From contig WRAD01000002.1 in the NCBI GenBank assembly GCA_009780375.1, positions 979 through 64,978 of the forward strand: a stretch of DNA of 64,000 nt. The letters are read 5' to 3'. Source of the DNA: Bacillota bacterium (GTDB taxonomy: Bacteria; Bacillota; Clostridia; Christensenellales; UBA1242). This document shows positions 38,478 through 47,275 of the stretch, one piece after another (the first letter of the stretch is position 1; the number at the start of each line of letters is the position of its first letter). The notes beneath the pieces were generated by a model. That model ran no database searches, was not told the DNA's origin, and was given only the letters and a program-made list of their open reading frames with translations. The position numbers were made by a program, and so were the translations under genes.

Positions 38478-39737
38478 ATGAAAATCACAAAAATCAAAGC
38501 AATCGAAGTGTTAGACAGCCGAGGTAACCCAACCGTTATGGCAGAAGTTTGGGCAGGGCGTAACGGCAAAAATTATGGTTATGCAATTGTGCCAAGTGGG
38601 GCATCAACAGGCGAATACGAAGCGGTTGAACTTCGCGATGGTGACAAAAAACGTTACCACGGTAAGGGTGTTCAAAAAGCGGTTGAAAACGTAAACAAAG
38701 TAATCGCACCTGCACTTATTGGTAAAAACGTAACCGCCCAAGCGGCAATTGATAAACTTATGATTAAACTTGATGGCACACCAAACAAAGCAAAATTGGG
38801 TGCAAATGCAATTTTGGCGGTATCACTTGCATGTATGTATGCGGCGGCAGATGCAAAGGACATGGCACCTTATGCGTATATGGCACAACTTGCAGGTAAG
38901 AGTGGTGACGTGTTCCCATCACCTATGATGAACATTATCAACGGTGGTGCACATGGTGACAATAACGTTGATATCCAAGAATTCATGATTCAACCAAAAT
39001 CGCACAAAAATGTGGCAGAGGCAATACGTATGGGTTCGGAGGTTTTTCATACACTTCGCACAATTTTAAAAGAACGTGGCATGAATACAAACGTAGGTGA
39101 CGAAGGTGGGTTTGCACCAAATCTTGCAAGCAATCGTGAAGGTCTTGAACTTTGTGTGCAGGCAATCGAAAAAGCAGGGTATAAACCAGGCACAGATTTT
39201 GGACTTACATTGGATGTTGCGGCATCAGAATTCTATGATGCAGACAAAAAACGTTATAACTTTGATGGACAACAACGCAAAACAGAAGAAATGATTTCAT
39301 ACTATGAACAACTTTGCAAAGATTTTCCAATCGTATCTATTGAAGATGGTCTTGACCAAAATGATTGGAAAGGGTACACAGAACTTACAAATCGTCTTGG
39401 TAAAAAAGTTCAAATTGTTGGTGATGACTTTTTCTGTACAAACACGAAACGTCTTAAAAAGGGTATTGGGATGGGTGCATGTAACTCGATTCTTATTAAA
39501 CTTAATCAAATTGGTTCGCTTACCGAAACACTCAGTTGTATAAAAATGGCACATGATGCAGGGTATACCGCGGTAATTTCTCACCGCTCGGGGGAGAGTG
39601 AAGACACAACAATCGCCGATTTGGCCGTTGCAACAAATGCCGGGCAAATTAAAACCGGTTCACTTTCTCGTACAGACCGTGTTGCAAAATATAACCGCCT
39701 TATCTGTATTGCCGACCAAATGGGTAAATTAAAATAA
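38478..39737 (+). CDS. eno: Enolase
   Basis: [20 protein letters not shown].., ..[10 protein letters not shown].., ..[12 protein letters not shown].., ..[17 protein letters not shown]... Confidence 0.97.
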   Translation: MKITKIKAIEVLDSRGNPTVMAEVWAGRNGKNYGYAIVPSGASTGEYEAVELRDGDKKRYHGKGVQKAVENVNKVIAPALIGKNVTAQAAIDKLMIKLDGTPNKAKLGANAILAVSLACMYAAADAKDMAPYAYMAQLAGKSGDVFPSPMMNIINGGAHGDNNVDIQEFMIQPKSHKNVAEAIRMGSEVFHTLRTILKERGMNTNVGDEGGFAPNLASNREGLELCVQAIEKAGYKPGTDFGLTLDVAASEFYDADKKRYNFDGQQRKTEEMISYYEQLCKDFPIVSIEDGLDQNDWKGYTELTNRLGKKVQIVGDDFFCTNTKRLKKGIGMGACNSILIKLNQIGSLTETLSCIKMAHDAGYTAVISHRSGESEDTTIADLAVATNAGQIKTGSLSRTDRVAKYNRLICIADQMGKLK

Positions 39738-39740
39738 CCA

Positions 39741-39772
39741 AAAATTTAACGATAATTCCTAGATTGTAAAAA
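39741..39772 (+). repeat. Intergenic repeat family, copy E (right module only)
   Basis: CAAAAATTTAACGATAATTCCTAGATTGTAAAAAA, between the eno stop and its terminator. Confidence 0.5.
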
Positions 39773-39773
39773 A

Positions 39774-39795
39774 GCGACTGTCAAAGTCGCTTTTT
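39774..39795. terminator. Rho-independent, probably bidirectional terminator
   Basis: GCGACT / AGTCGC stem with a 5-nt loop, an A-run upstream and T5 downstream. It lies between convergent genes. Confidence 0.8.
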
Positions 39796-39818
39796 GTGGT
39801 TTGCAAGGTACAGATTTT

Positions 39819-40220
39819 CTAGTATTTCTCAAAAAGATTATCTAGGTCCTCTTCAGGTGCGGTCGTCGCAATAATGAAGAGTCCAAGTACATACCCCGCC
39901 TCCTTGAAACCTTCATCAAGGATTTGTTTATGCTTTTCACTCACGCCTTCACGAGTCTCAGCATCCAATAAATCCAGTACCAGTTTTGACAGTCGAGTTC
40001 TCTCAGGTGTATTTGCTTCGAAATTTGTTACATTTGGTTTGCCATAACTACTCTCAAGTGGTATAAGCATTAGTGCATATGGTGCATCACTAAATCCTTG
40101 ATCAACCATCGCATCCAACATAACCAACATTTGTTCGACTGTGTCTGCGGCCAGAAATTCAAGTGTAAGCCGCTTTAATTGTTCTTGTTGTACAGGTGTC
40201 ATTTGACAAAACCCTTTCAT
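39819..40220 (-). CDS. Hypothetical acidic protein (127-133 aa)
   Basis: ORF only. An alternative start at 40202 (MTPVQQ) has a GAAAGGG SD. Confidence 0.45.
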   Translation of the reverse strand: MKGFCQMTPVQQEQLKRLTLEFLAADTVEQMLVMLDAMVDQGFSDAPYALMLIPLESSYGKPNVTNFEANTPERTRLSKLVLDLLDAETREGVSEKHKQILDEGFKEAGYVLGLFIIATTAPEEDLDNLFEKY

Positions 40221-40294
40221 CTACCCATTTGTGGGTGCAATAAGAAACAATTATAGTATATATATATTGATTAATAATGTCAATACCTGTTTTT

Positions 40295-40324
40295 GAAAAG
40301 CGACCCTGTGCAAGGTCGCTTTTT
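40295..40324 (-). terminator. Rho-independent terminator downstream of 40333..40521
   Basis: GCGACC / GGTCGC stem with A/T runs on both sides. Confidence 0.6.
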
Positions 40325-40332
40325 TGTTGTGA

Positions 40333-40521
40333 TTAATGCCAAAATCCATGTTGAGTTTTGTTTTCTTTATCTTTGGCAAGATGATTTTCATTGGCACGTT
40401 TTAGTGCTTCCTCAATGTCATCAAGTAAAGTTAGAGAATGGCTTCCAAGTTTTTCAGAATTGAGTTGTCTAAGCTCATCAACTTTATTGATTGCATCAGT
40501 TAAATAATTTACTTTAATCAT
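40333..40521 (-). CDS. Hypothetical small protein (62 aa)
   Basis: ORF with helical, charged sequence. Confidence 0.35.
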   Translation of the reverse strand: MIKVNYLTDAINKVDELRQLNSEKLGSHSLTLLDDIEEALKRANENHLAKDKENKTQHGFWH

Positions 40522-40580
40522 TTAAACTCATCCCTTTCCTAGGATTAATAAAGAATATTTTAATTATACCAAAAAATGAG

Positions 40581-42134
40581 TTATTTGTCAAGACTTGCTT
40601 TTATCAAGCCTACAAAAAGTGGATGTGGATTATATGGTTTTGAAACAAGTTCTGGATGAAATTGGCATGCAATAAAATACTTGCAACTTGGGTTCTCGAC
40701 AATTTCAACCAAATCATCGCAATCAACCCCACTGAACACAAGTCCAGTATTTTCAAGTTCTTTTTGATAAGCATTATCAAATTCATAATCATTCCTGTGG
40801 CGTTCTTTGGTTTGTGTTGTATTTTTTTGTATAGTGTTATATGCGTTATATGCCTTTGAACCTTTTTCAAGTTTTACATCACATAGACCAAGTCTGATTT
40901 TACCATTTGTAAACAGGTTAAAGAGTTGCCAATTTGCAACATTTTTTGCAAAGTCAACAACCGCCGCCTGTAACCCAAGCCCAATTCCCAAATATGGAAT
41001 ATTGTTCTCTCGGGCAACTTGTGCGGCCAATACACAGCCTTCAAGTCCGGCCCGCCCATGTGCATTTGCAACAACTATCGCATCAAATTTACCTAAAAAG
41101 GCCTTTACAGAATTTGCCATCAAGTCGTCAGGGTTGACAAGATGTATGTCTGCTTTTACATCTGTAAAGAGTGCGGCGTGTTTTATTGCCTCTGTCACCG
41201 AAATATAACTGTCAGGCACAGAGGCGTACTTGCCAATAATTGCAATTTTCTTTGGGGTCTTGTTACTGTCGTCAAGCATTTTTAAAACCATATTTTTCCA
41301 GTCTTCAAGATTGCCTTGCTTTGCCTTTATTCCAAAATGTTCAAGTACGATTTCATCAAGTTTTTGTTCTTTCAGGTTAACAGGAACCTGGTAAACGGTA
41401 AGGCAATCAGGTGCATGTATAACGTGGTTGATATCTTTCAAATTGCAAAACAGTGCAATTTTTTCCCGGGCTTCTGTGTCAATTTCAATCCCTCTGTTCG
41501 TACGGCATATAACGACATCGGGATTTATTCCCATATGTCTCAGGTCACGGACACTGTTTTGTGTTGGTTTTGTTTTAATTTCTTTACTGCATTCAAGGTA
41601 GGGTACAAGAGTAACGTGAATATTAAAACTTCCATTTGAACCAAGTTCAAGTTTAAGCTGACGCACCGCCTCGATAGTTGTGGATCCTTCAATCTCGCCG
41701 ACCGTTCCTCCAACTTCGATTATTGCAACATCAACATCTTTGCTTACTTCTTTGATTACACGCTTTATTTCATCGGTGACATGAGGCACAACTTGGACAT
41801 CTCTGCCTTGATATTCACCTGCACGTTCTTTACGAAGCACCGATTGATATACTTTTCCCATTGTGCTGTTAACATTTTTGTTGAAATGTACGCCTGTAAA
41901 ACGCTCGTAATGCCCAACATCCAAATCTGTTTCTGCACCATCATCTGTGACAAAAACCTCGCCGTGTCTGAATGGATTCATCATGCTTGGATCAACGTTA
42001 AGATATACATCAAGCTTTTGAATAGATATCTTAAGTCCTCTGTTAATCAAAAGTCGCCCAAGTGATGCGGCGACCGTACCTTTCCCAAGACCAGAAACAA
42101 CACCCCCAGTAATAAAGACATACTTTGTTGCCAT
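40581..42134 (-). CDS. pyrG: CTP synthase with a degenerate glutaminase active site
   Basis: The N-terminus KYVFITGGVVSGLGKGT and the synthase domain are intact. The C-terminal GATase domain retains QFHPE, but reads YLGIGLGLQ where YLGICLGMQ is expected and VANAHG where VPGGFG is expected. Confidence 0.9.
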   Translation of the reverse strand: MATKYVFITGGVVSGLGKGTVAASLGRLLINRGLKISIQKLDVYLNVDPSMMNPFRHGEVFVTDDGAETDLDVGHYERFTGVHFNKNVNSTMGKVYQSVLRKERAGEYQGRDVQVVPHVTDEIKRVIKEVSKDVDVAIIEVGGTVGEIEGSTTIEAVRQLKLELGSNGSFNIHVTLVPYLECSKEIKTKPTQNSVRDLRHMGINPDVVICRTNRGIEIDTEAREKIALFCNLKDINHVIHAPDCLTVYQVPVNLKEQKLDEIVLEHFGIKAKQGNLEDWKNMVLKMLDDSNKTPKKIAIIGKYASVPDSYISVTEAIKHAALFTDVKADIHLVNPDDLMANSVKAFLGKFDAIVVANAHGRAGLEGCVLAAQVARENNIPYLGIGLGLQAAVVDFAKNVANWQLFNLFTNGKIRLGLCDVKLEKGSKAYNAYNTIQKNTTQTKERHRNDYEFDNAYQKELENTGLVFSGVDCDDLVEIVENPSCKYFIACQFHPELVSKPYNPHPLFVGLIKASLDK

Positions 42135-42270
42135 TGCAAAATTCCTCCTAAGTTAATCTCAAGATTTATAAGTTAGTATGGTTTCAACAAGCATCAACAA
42201 CCACTCATGTCATTGAGATTAACCTATATTTGGAAACTGGGCAACTAAAATAATTAAATAATAGACATAA

Positions 42271-42861
42271 TTATATCGTCTTTATATTAATCCCGTTCAT
42301 ATAATTTTCATGATACTCTTTTAATATTGCAAGTTCTCTTTCAACAACAGGTTTATGCTTGATAAATTCAAGGTTTTTCATATCTTCGGTAAAGTTTTTG
42401 GCATCTAGATACTTTGCCCACTCTGAAGAATATTGCTTTTTCTCTTCTTCTTTGAATATTAAAATTGCATCATTTATGTCATACCATTCAAGCTTGTACC
42501 CACCAAAAATCTCACCCTCGGTAAATGATACAGATTGTAAATTACCGATAACCTTTGCCACGTAGCAATAATCAAAATTTAACCGCGCATCGGTGTTTCG
42601 TTGTGTTATTGTCAAGCCAAGTTCGCAGAGTATCTCGATGCTTGCCCCAACTTCCTCTAAACATTCACGATAACATGCCTCGGCATTTGTTTCATTCCCA
42701 TCAATACCTCCACCAGGCAAAATATGAAATCCTGCCTTGGTTATATTCATAACTGCAATCCTATTGTCATCATCCAAGAGAATTACTCGCACTTTTCGCC
42801 TAAGTTTAAATTGTTTACACTTGATTTCTTTATCTTGACAAATCTCCGCTATTAATTTCAT
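42271..42861 (-). CDS. NUDIX hydrolase
   Basis: Nudix box GGGIDGNETNAEACYRECLEEVGA (GX5EX7REUXEEXGU). Confidence 0.85.
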   Translation of the reverse strand: MKLIAEICQDKEIKCKQFKLRRKVRVILLDDDNRIAVMNITKAGFHILPGGGIDGNETNAEACYRECLEEVGASIEILCELGLTITQRNTDARLNFDYCYVAKVIGNLQSVSFTEGEIFGGYKLEWYDINDAILIFKEEEKKQYSSEWAKYLDAKNFTEDMKNLEFIKHKPVVERELAILKEYHENYMNGINIKTI

Positions 42862-42920
42862 TGGTTCTCCTAAGTATCGTCAAGTATAAGACATAAAACG
42901 AAAAATACAAAGCAAATCTC

Positions 42921-42949
42921 TTGCACGCACCAATCACTTGTGATATAAT
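42921..42949 (+). promoter_or_regulatory. Promoter for tRNA-Leu (TTGCAC-17-TATAAT)
   Basis: TTGCAC at 42921-42926, a 17-nt spacer, and TATAAT at 42944-42949. Confidence 0.6.
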
Positions 42950-42961
42950 TGGAAAATCCAC

Positions 42962-43047
42962 GGGGAAGTGGTGGAATGGCAGACGCGTCGGACTCAAAAT
43001 CCGATGATAGCAATATCGTGTGGGTTCAAGTCCCACCTTCCCCACCA
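42962..43047 (+). tRNA. tRNA-Leu (anticodon CAA), encoded CCA
   Basis: GGGGAAG..GGTGGAATGGCAGAC..GACTCAAAATC..long variable arm..GGGTTCAAGTCCCAC CTTCCCC A CCA. Confidence 0.9.
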
Positions 43048-43162
43048 AGACGTGTCAAGTTTGAACCGCTATGATGTATCATATACATTCGTCAACGGTT
43101 ATCCAATCTTGATCGCAAAAAAACCGAGTAACGCGCTCGGTTTTTTTGTTATGCTGTGGTTT

Positions 43163-43435
43163 TTAAGAACAAGACGAACAACATTGACAATCAACGCATG
43201 AACACTTGGATGAACATTTTTGCTTGCCATCCTCTTTGCCGTTTACGAAACAATCGGTTTTGTGTCCAATAAGTTCCCCGATCTTCGCGAGAGTAAAAAC
43301 GTCTGGCAAACTTTGCCCACGTTCCCATTTGCCAACCGCCTGCGCGGTAACATGAAACACCTCCGCGAATTGCGCCTGTGTCATGCCTTTGGACTTTCGT
43401 CCATTTGCAATAATTATCCCGATATGTTCGTTCAT
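43163..43435 (-). CDS. XRE-family HTH regulator with a Cys-rich C-terminal tail
   Basis: Start set at MNEHIG, with a GAGGTGG SD. HTH is MTQAQFAEVFHVTAQAVGKWERGQ. The tail is KCSSKCSCVDCQCCSSCS. Confidence 0.7.
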   Translation of the reverse strand: MNEHIGIIIANGRKSKGMTQAQFAEVFHVTAQAVGKWERGQSLPDVFTLAKIGELIGHKTDCFVNGKEDGKQKCSSKCSCVDCQCCSSCS

Positions 43436-43443
43436 AGCCACCT

Positions 43444-43539
43444 CTATTTGCAATTTCCACCGCATCCACAATGATTGTCTGGTGTGCATTTACAGTTATC
43501 GCACGGACAACCGCAACCGCATTTTTTATACTGTTCCAT
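43444..43539 (-). CDS. Cys-rich micropeptide (31 aa, 10 Cys), metallothionein-like
   Basis: Not in the ORF track because it is shorter than 60 aa. AAAGGAGGT SD, then ATG..MEQYKKCGCGCPCDNCKCTPDNHCGCGGNCK-stop. The stop lies 8 nt before the HTH gene start. Confidence 0.55.
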   Translation of the reverse strand: MEQYKKCGCGCPCDNCKCTPDNHCGCGGNCK

Positions 43540-43634
43540 GGTCGCTACCTCCTTTATTAAGAATGTTTGGAATTCCTAATATGATTATATTCGAGCAAGG
43601 CAGCCGATGCAAGAAACCGTTAGTTGTTTTTACC

Positions 43635-44093
43635 TCAATACGTGTACGAGTATATTTTAATATCGTCATAACCGCTTTTACGGGGCGCGTTGTCTATATG
43701 TTGCCAACCTAGTTTTTCGTAGTAATCGCTATGCTCGGTGATTAGATACAATTTTTCAAAACCTAATTTTCCTGCAACCGCCGTGCAATATTTTATTAGT
43801 TCTGTGCCGATACCTTTACCGCGAAATTCGTTATCAACGTAAAGGCAAGCAAGCCACGGGCGCAGATCTTGACGGACACCGAGATCGTTATTCCAAAGCG
43901 CAACCGTGCCGACAAGTTTACCATTATGCAGGGCAATAAAAGTCTGTGGAACTCCGTCCGTTTTGATTGCGTGTTTAATTTGGTATATTTGACGTTCCAG
44001 CGTACCGCCGTTATTTGCCGACCATTCATCGAACACCCATTTTGCGACCTGTTCAATGTGTTCGGGGTGATGCGCTAAATTTGCGATTTTCAT
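43635..44093 (-). CDS. GNAT-family N-acetyltransferase
   Basis: Acetyl-CoA motif A: LACLYVDNEFRGKGIGTELIKY. Start set at MKIANL, with a GAGGTG SD. Confidence 0.8.
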   Translation of the reverse strand: MKIANLAHHPEHIEQVAKWVFDEWSANNGGTLERQIYQIKHAIKTDGVPQTFIALHNGKLVGTVALWNNDLGVRQDLRPWLACLYVDNEFRGKGIGTELIKYCTAVAGKLGFEKLYLITEHSDYYEKLGWQHIDNAPRKSGYDDIKIYSYTY

Positions 44094-44114
44094 AGCCAAG
44101 TTACACCTCATCTG

Positions 44115-44383
44115 TTATAAATCCATATTCCATAGACGTGAGTACCTTCCTTTGACGGTTCGGTGTTCTATCTTGTCTAACTCGGTAAAACCAACATCGC
44201 GGTAAAATGCTTTTAGATCTTCGTTGTTATCGCGACAATCCAAACGTAAATGTTTTGCGCCTTTGGTTTTATATAATTTTGCGACTTCCTCTATGATTTT
44301 ACGACCCGCGCCTTATCAATGAAAAATTGAAAGTATGTATCGAAATCACTTTCGCTCCCAACGCAAAGTTCTATACGTTCCAT
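44115..44383 (-). pseudogene. Frameshifted and internally deleted GNAT acetyltransferase remnant
   Basis: MERIELCVGSESDFDTYFQFFIDKARVVKS-stop. A shifted frame then reads GRKIIEEVAKLYKTKGAKHLRLDCRDNNEDLKAFYRDVGFTE.. (GNAT motif A/B region). Confidence 0.6.
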
Positions 44384-44385
44384 AA

Positions 44386-44940
44386 TCAACCTCCAAAAGC
44401 AAACTCTATCAAATCGCAATTTTTCATATCAGGCGCATCGCAATACAAACCGCTTTTTTGTTTGCCATGGAAATATGCGTGTACAACTTTTGCAATACCA
44501 CCATGGGCAATAACTAAAATATTTTTGCCGTTATGTTTGGCGCGGAGTTCGTCAAAGAAATTTTTAATACGCGCCTCTACCGATCCAAAAGTTTCAACTG
44601 TCTTGTAATTATATAATTCGCGCTTGCCATAGAAATCGCGATCAAATTCAGGATGCCACGCAAACCCTTCATATTCACCAGAGTACCATTCAACAATACG
44701 ACTATCTGTAATCACAGGCGGTCTATTTTCGTGGGCGCGAGATGATAGTGCAATCTCTGCCGTTTGCCGTGCGCGTATTTGTGGGCTCACGAATACTAGA
44801 TCAATTTTAACGTCGCGCATTTTTTGCCCTAATTCAAGTGCCTGCTTTACACCGAGAGTAGTTAGACCTGTGTCAATCAACCCAGACCATTTACCCTCTT
44901 TGTTATATACGGTTTCGCCGTGTCTTACATAATAGATCAT
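44386..44940 (-). CDS. Histidine phosphatase (phosphoglycerate-mutase-like) family protein
   Basis: N-terminal IYYVRHGETVYN (RHG motif) and a downstream ..VIAHGG.. motif. Confidence 0.8.
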   Translation of the reverse strand: MIYYVRHGETVYNKEGKWSGLIDTGLTTLGVKQALELGQKMRDVKIDLVFVSPQIRARQTAEIALSSRAHENRPPVITDSRIVEWYSGEYEGFAWHPEFDRDFYGKRELYNYKTVETFGSVEARIKNFFDELRAKHNGKNILVIAHGGIAKVVHAYFHGKQKSGLYCDAPDMKNCDLIEFAFGG

Positions 44941-45009
44941 AATTCATTTTATCACATTTACAGGCGAACGGGCAAGAAATATCAACGTGAGATAAATGAA
45001 ATTTGACCG

Positions 45010-45471
45010 TTGGCATCGACATTGTTCAGGCGGTCAATGGCGATGGCATTCGCAAAGCATTTAAACGCGCATGTCACGGCGACAGACATCAGCGAGGAAG
45101 CACTCGAGGTGGCGCGCCATAATGCAAGGATAAACGGCGCGGACATTGAGTTTTTACAAAGCGACATGTTTGACCGTATTGCTGACGAATACGACCTTAT
45201 AGTTTCAAACCCACCAAGCTCGACAACGTACAAAATCATCGCACTAGATCAAAGCGGCGAATTGTTGTGCCCAAGGATAGCGAGGGATGGAGGCGAGGAT
45301 GGACTGAAAAGATTGCGTCAAGTGACAGCAGGAGCGGGCGATTACCTCGAACGCGGCGGCTCGCTTGTTGTGCAAACATGCTATAACCCCGCAGAGATAG
45401 AAAAACTGATAAAGATGGATCGTAGGTTTTCGCAAGAGAATATAAACAGAATCATGTGCGCAAAAGGATAG
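45010..45471 (+). pseudogene. N-terminally truncated HemK/PrmC-like class I methyltransferase fragment
   Basis: ..HVTATDISEEALEVARHNARINGADIEF..DLIVSNPPSS..PRIARDGGEDGL.. follows the HemK pattern. It lacks the GxGxG SAM loop region, reads NPPSS instead of NPPY, and has only a TTG start. Confidence 0.5.
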
Positions 45472-45521
45472 ACACGTGCGTTCGCGGCAAAAATATCAGA
45501 CGAACGCGAGATATAAAAACA

Positions 45522-45550
45522 TTGACACACCGCTGCAAGTGGCATATAAT
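45522..45550 (+). promoter_or_regulatory. Consensus promoter (TTGACA-17-TATAAT) of the beta-eliminating lyase leader
   Basis: TTGACA at 45522-45527, a 17-nt spacer, and TATAAT at 45545-45550. Confidence 0.65.
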
Positions 45551-45560
45551 ATACACAGAC

Positions 45561-45644
45561 ATGAACGAATTACGAAAATCGGTAGTAGCAGTTTATTATT
45601 ACCGCAAGTCGAGGCAACGACGTGCGGCTTTTTGCGTGAGATAG
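45561..45644 (+). CDS. Candidate leader peptide (27 aa) with three consecutive Tyr codons
   Basis: MNELRKSVVAVYYYRKSRQRRAAFCVR. The ATG lies about 10 nt after the -10 box and has no SD, so the transcript would be leaderless. Hairpin 45602-45627 plus a T5 run starts right after the YYY codons. Confidence 0.35.
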   Translation: MNELRKSVVAVYYYRKSRQRRAAFCVR

Positions 45645-45679
45645 TGCATAGCATATAAGACAAAAACACCACACCCCGT

Positions 45680-45716
45680 CCGCCTCGAATTACACGAGAG
45701 CAGGCGGGTTTTTTTT
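45680..45716 (+). terminator. Intrinsic terminator/attenuator directly upstream of the lyase gene
   Basis: CCGCCT...AGGCGG stem followed by T8, ending about 45 nt before the ATG at 45761. Confidence 0.65.
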
Positions 45717-45760
45717 GTGAGTCGTTCATGTCGAAAACGAAAACAAAAAAGGAGTCCAAA

Positions 45761-47275
45761 ATGGAAACAATAAGAACCTCGACTCCGTCGAGAACCTTGG
45801 ACATTAAGGATAATTTATCCAAATGTTCGCAAGGCGAACGGGTCATAAAATTGCTAAGCGGTGAGGATTTGCCGCTTGAAATGCACAAGACGACAATCGT
45901 CAAAAAATTAAACTTGATGCCGATTGATGAACGGGTGGCCGCAATTGGGCGTGCGGGCAGCAATACCTTTCTGCTAAAAAGCAACGAGGTATTTTTGGAT
46001 ATGCTGACGGACAGCGGAACCAATGCCATGAGTGACAAACAGCAGGCATCCATGTTCATAGCGGATGACGCCTACTCAGGCAGCGAAAGCTTCTACAGAT
46101 TAGAGGCCATCTTGCAAAAAGTATTCCGCAAGAAATTCTTTTGGCCAGCGCACCAAGGGCGAGCTTGCGAACATATCCTTTCGCGGTTGCTGGTAAAACC
46201 CGGGGATGTTATTCCGACGAATTACCATTTCACTACAACGCGGGCCCACATTAAACTGCAGGGCGGAACCATGATTGAAATTTTCACGGATGACGCAATG
46301 CAGGTCAAATCAACAAACCCATTCAAAGGCAATATTGATATTGGGAAACTTGAACAAGCATTCAAAGACTTCAGCGGGAAAATCCCATTTGTGCGATTGG
46401 AGGCGGGAACGAACCTGATCGGCGGCCAACCGATTTCGCTTGAAAACATCAGGCAGACGGCGGAAATTTGCAAAGCGAACGGCGTGCCTTTGATGATGGA
46501 TGCGAGCCTTCTGCAAGACAATTTATTTTTCATCAAAACGCGTGAGGCATCATGTCGGGATAAAACCATCCTTGAAATTTGCAACGAAGTCGCAAGCCAT
46601 ATCGATATAATCTACTTTTCGGCGCGAAAATTCGGTGCAGCACGTGGCGGCGGAATTTGTTTGGATGATCCGATGCTGGCCGACAAGATCAAGGAACTCA
46701 TCCCCCTATTCGAGGGCTTTATTACATACGGCGGAATGAGCAGCCGCGAGATGGAGGCAATCGCTGTCGGGATTGATGAAACGATGGACTTTGATAACAT
46801 CAGTCAAGGCCCACAATTTATCAAATTCATGGTGGATGAATTGGAAAACGCAGGCGTTCCCGTCGTGACACCAGCGGGCGGCTTGGGTGTTCATTTGGAT
46901 GCGCGGGCATTCCTTCCCCATGTACCACCCGAGCAATTACAGGCGGCATCATTAAGCGCGGCACTATACATCGTATCAGGCGCACGCGGGATGGAACGCG
47001 GCACGGGATCCGAGGATCGAAACCCAGATGGAACCGAATGTATCGCCAATTTGGAGTTGATAAGATTGGCAATGCCGCGGCGGGTTTTCACCATGAGTCA
47101 AATCAAATTCGTGATTGATAGGATCATTTGGCTTTGGAAAAACAAAGAACTTGTCGGCGGATTGAAATGGCGAAATGAACCCAAAATCATGCGTTTCTTT
47201 TTCGGTGAGCTTGAACCAATTGGGGATTGGCAAGAACGCCTTGCCAAGAAATTCAAAAAAGACGGGGGCGCATAA
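45761..47275 (+). CDS. Beta-eliminating lyase family enzyme (tryptophanase / tyrosine phenol-lyase type)
   Basis: Collinear with E. coli TnaA: FLDMLTDSGTNAMS, DDAYSGSESFY, PAHQGRACEHIL, GGQPISLENI, MDASLLQDNLFFIK and FSARKFGAARGGGI (PLP-Lys region). Start set at METIRT after AAGGAG. Confidence 0.85.
   Translation: METIRTSTPSRTLDIKDNLSKCSQGERVIKLLSGEDLPLEMHKTTIVKKLNLMPIDERVAAIGRAGSNTFLLKSNEVFLDMLTDSGTNAMSDKQQASMFIADDAYSGSESFYRLEAILQKVFRKKFFWPAHQGRACEHILSRLLVKPGDVIPTNYHFTTTRAHIKLQGGTMIEIFTDDAMQVKSTNPFKGNIDIGKLEQAFKDFSGKIPFVRLEAGTNLIGGQPISLENIRQTAEICKANGVPLMMDASLLQDNLFFIKTREASCRDKTILEICNEVASHIDIIYFSARKFGAARGGGICLDDPMLADKIKELIPLFEGFITYGGMSSREMEAIAVGIDETMDFDNISQGPQFIKFMVDELENAGVPVVTPAGGLGVHLDARAFLPHVPPEQLQAASLSAALYIVSGARGMERGTGSEDRNPDGTECIANLELIRLAMPRRVFTMSQIKFVIDRIIWLWKNKELVGGLKWRNEPKIMRFFFGELEPIGDWQERLAKKFKKDGGA

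Noticed and set aside
43444-43539. The Cys-rich micropeptide as a RiPP (lanthipeptide or sactipeptide) precursor.
   Set aside because: There is no leader-core organisation and no adjacent modification enzyme, radical-SAM gene, protease or transporter. The CxC spacing and the Cys-tailed regulator point to metal binding instead.
45496-46059. 187-aa minus-strand ORF overlapping the lyase leader and 5' end. The same applies to other antisense ORFs within the lyase gene (46222..46584, 46976..47281, 47098..47433).
   Set aside because: They are antisense to a gene with clear full-length homology. GC-richer DNA gives long spurious ORFs, and these have no SD or recognisable motifs. The 47276-47433 part might be a gene remnant, but I cannot support that.
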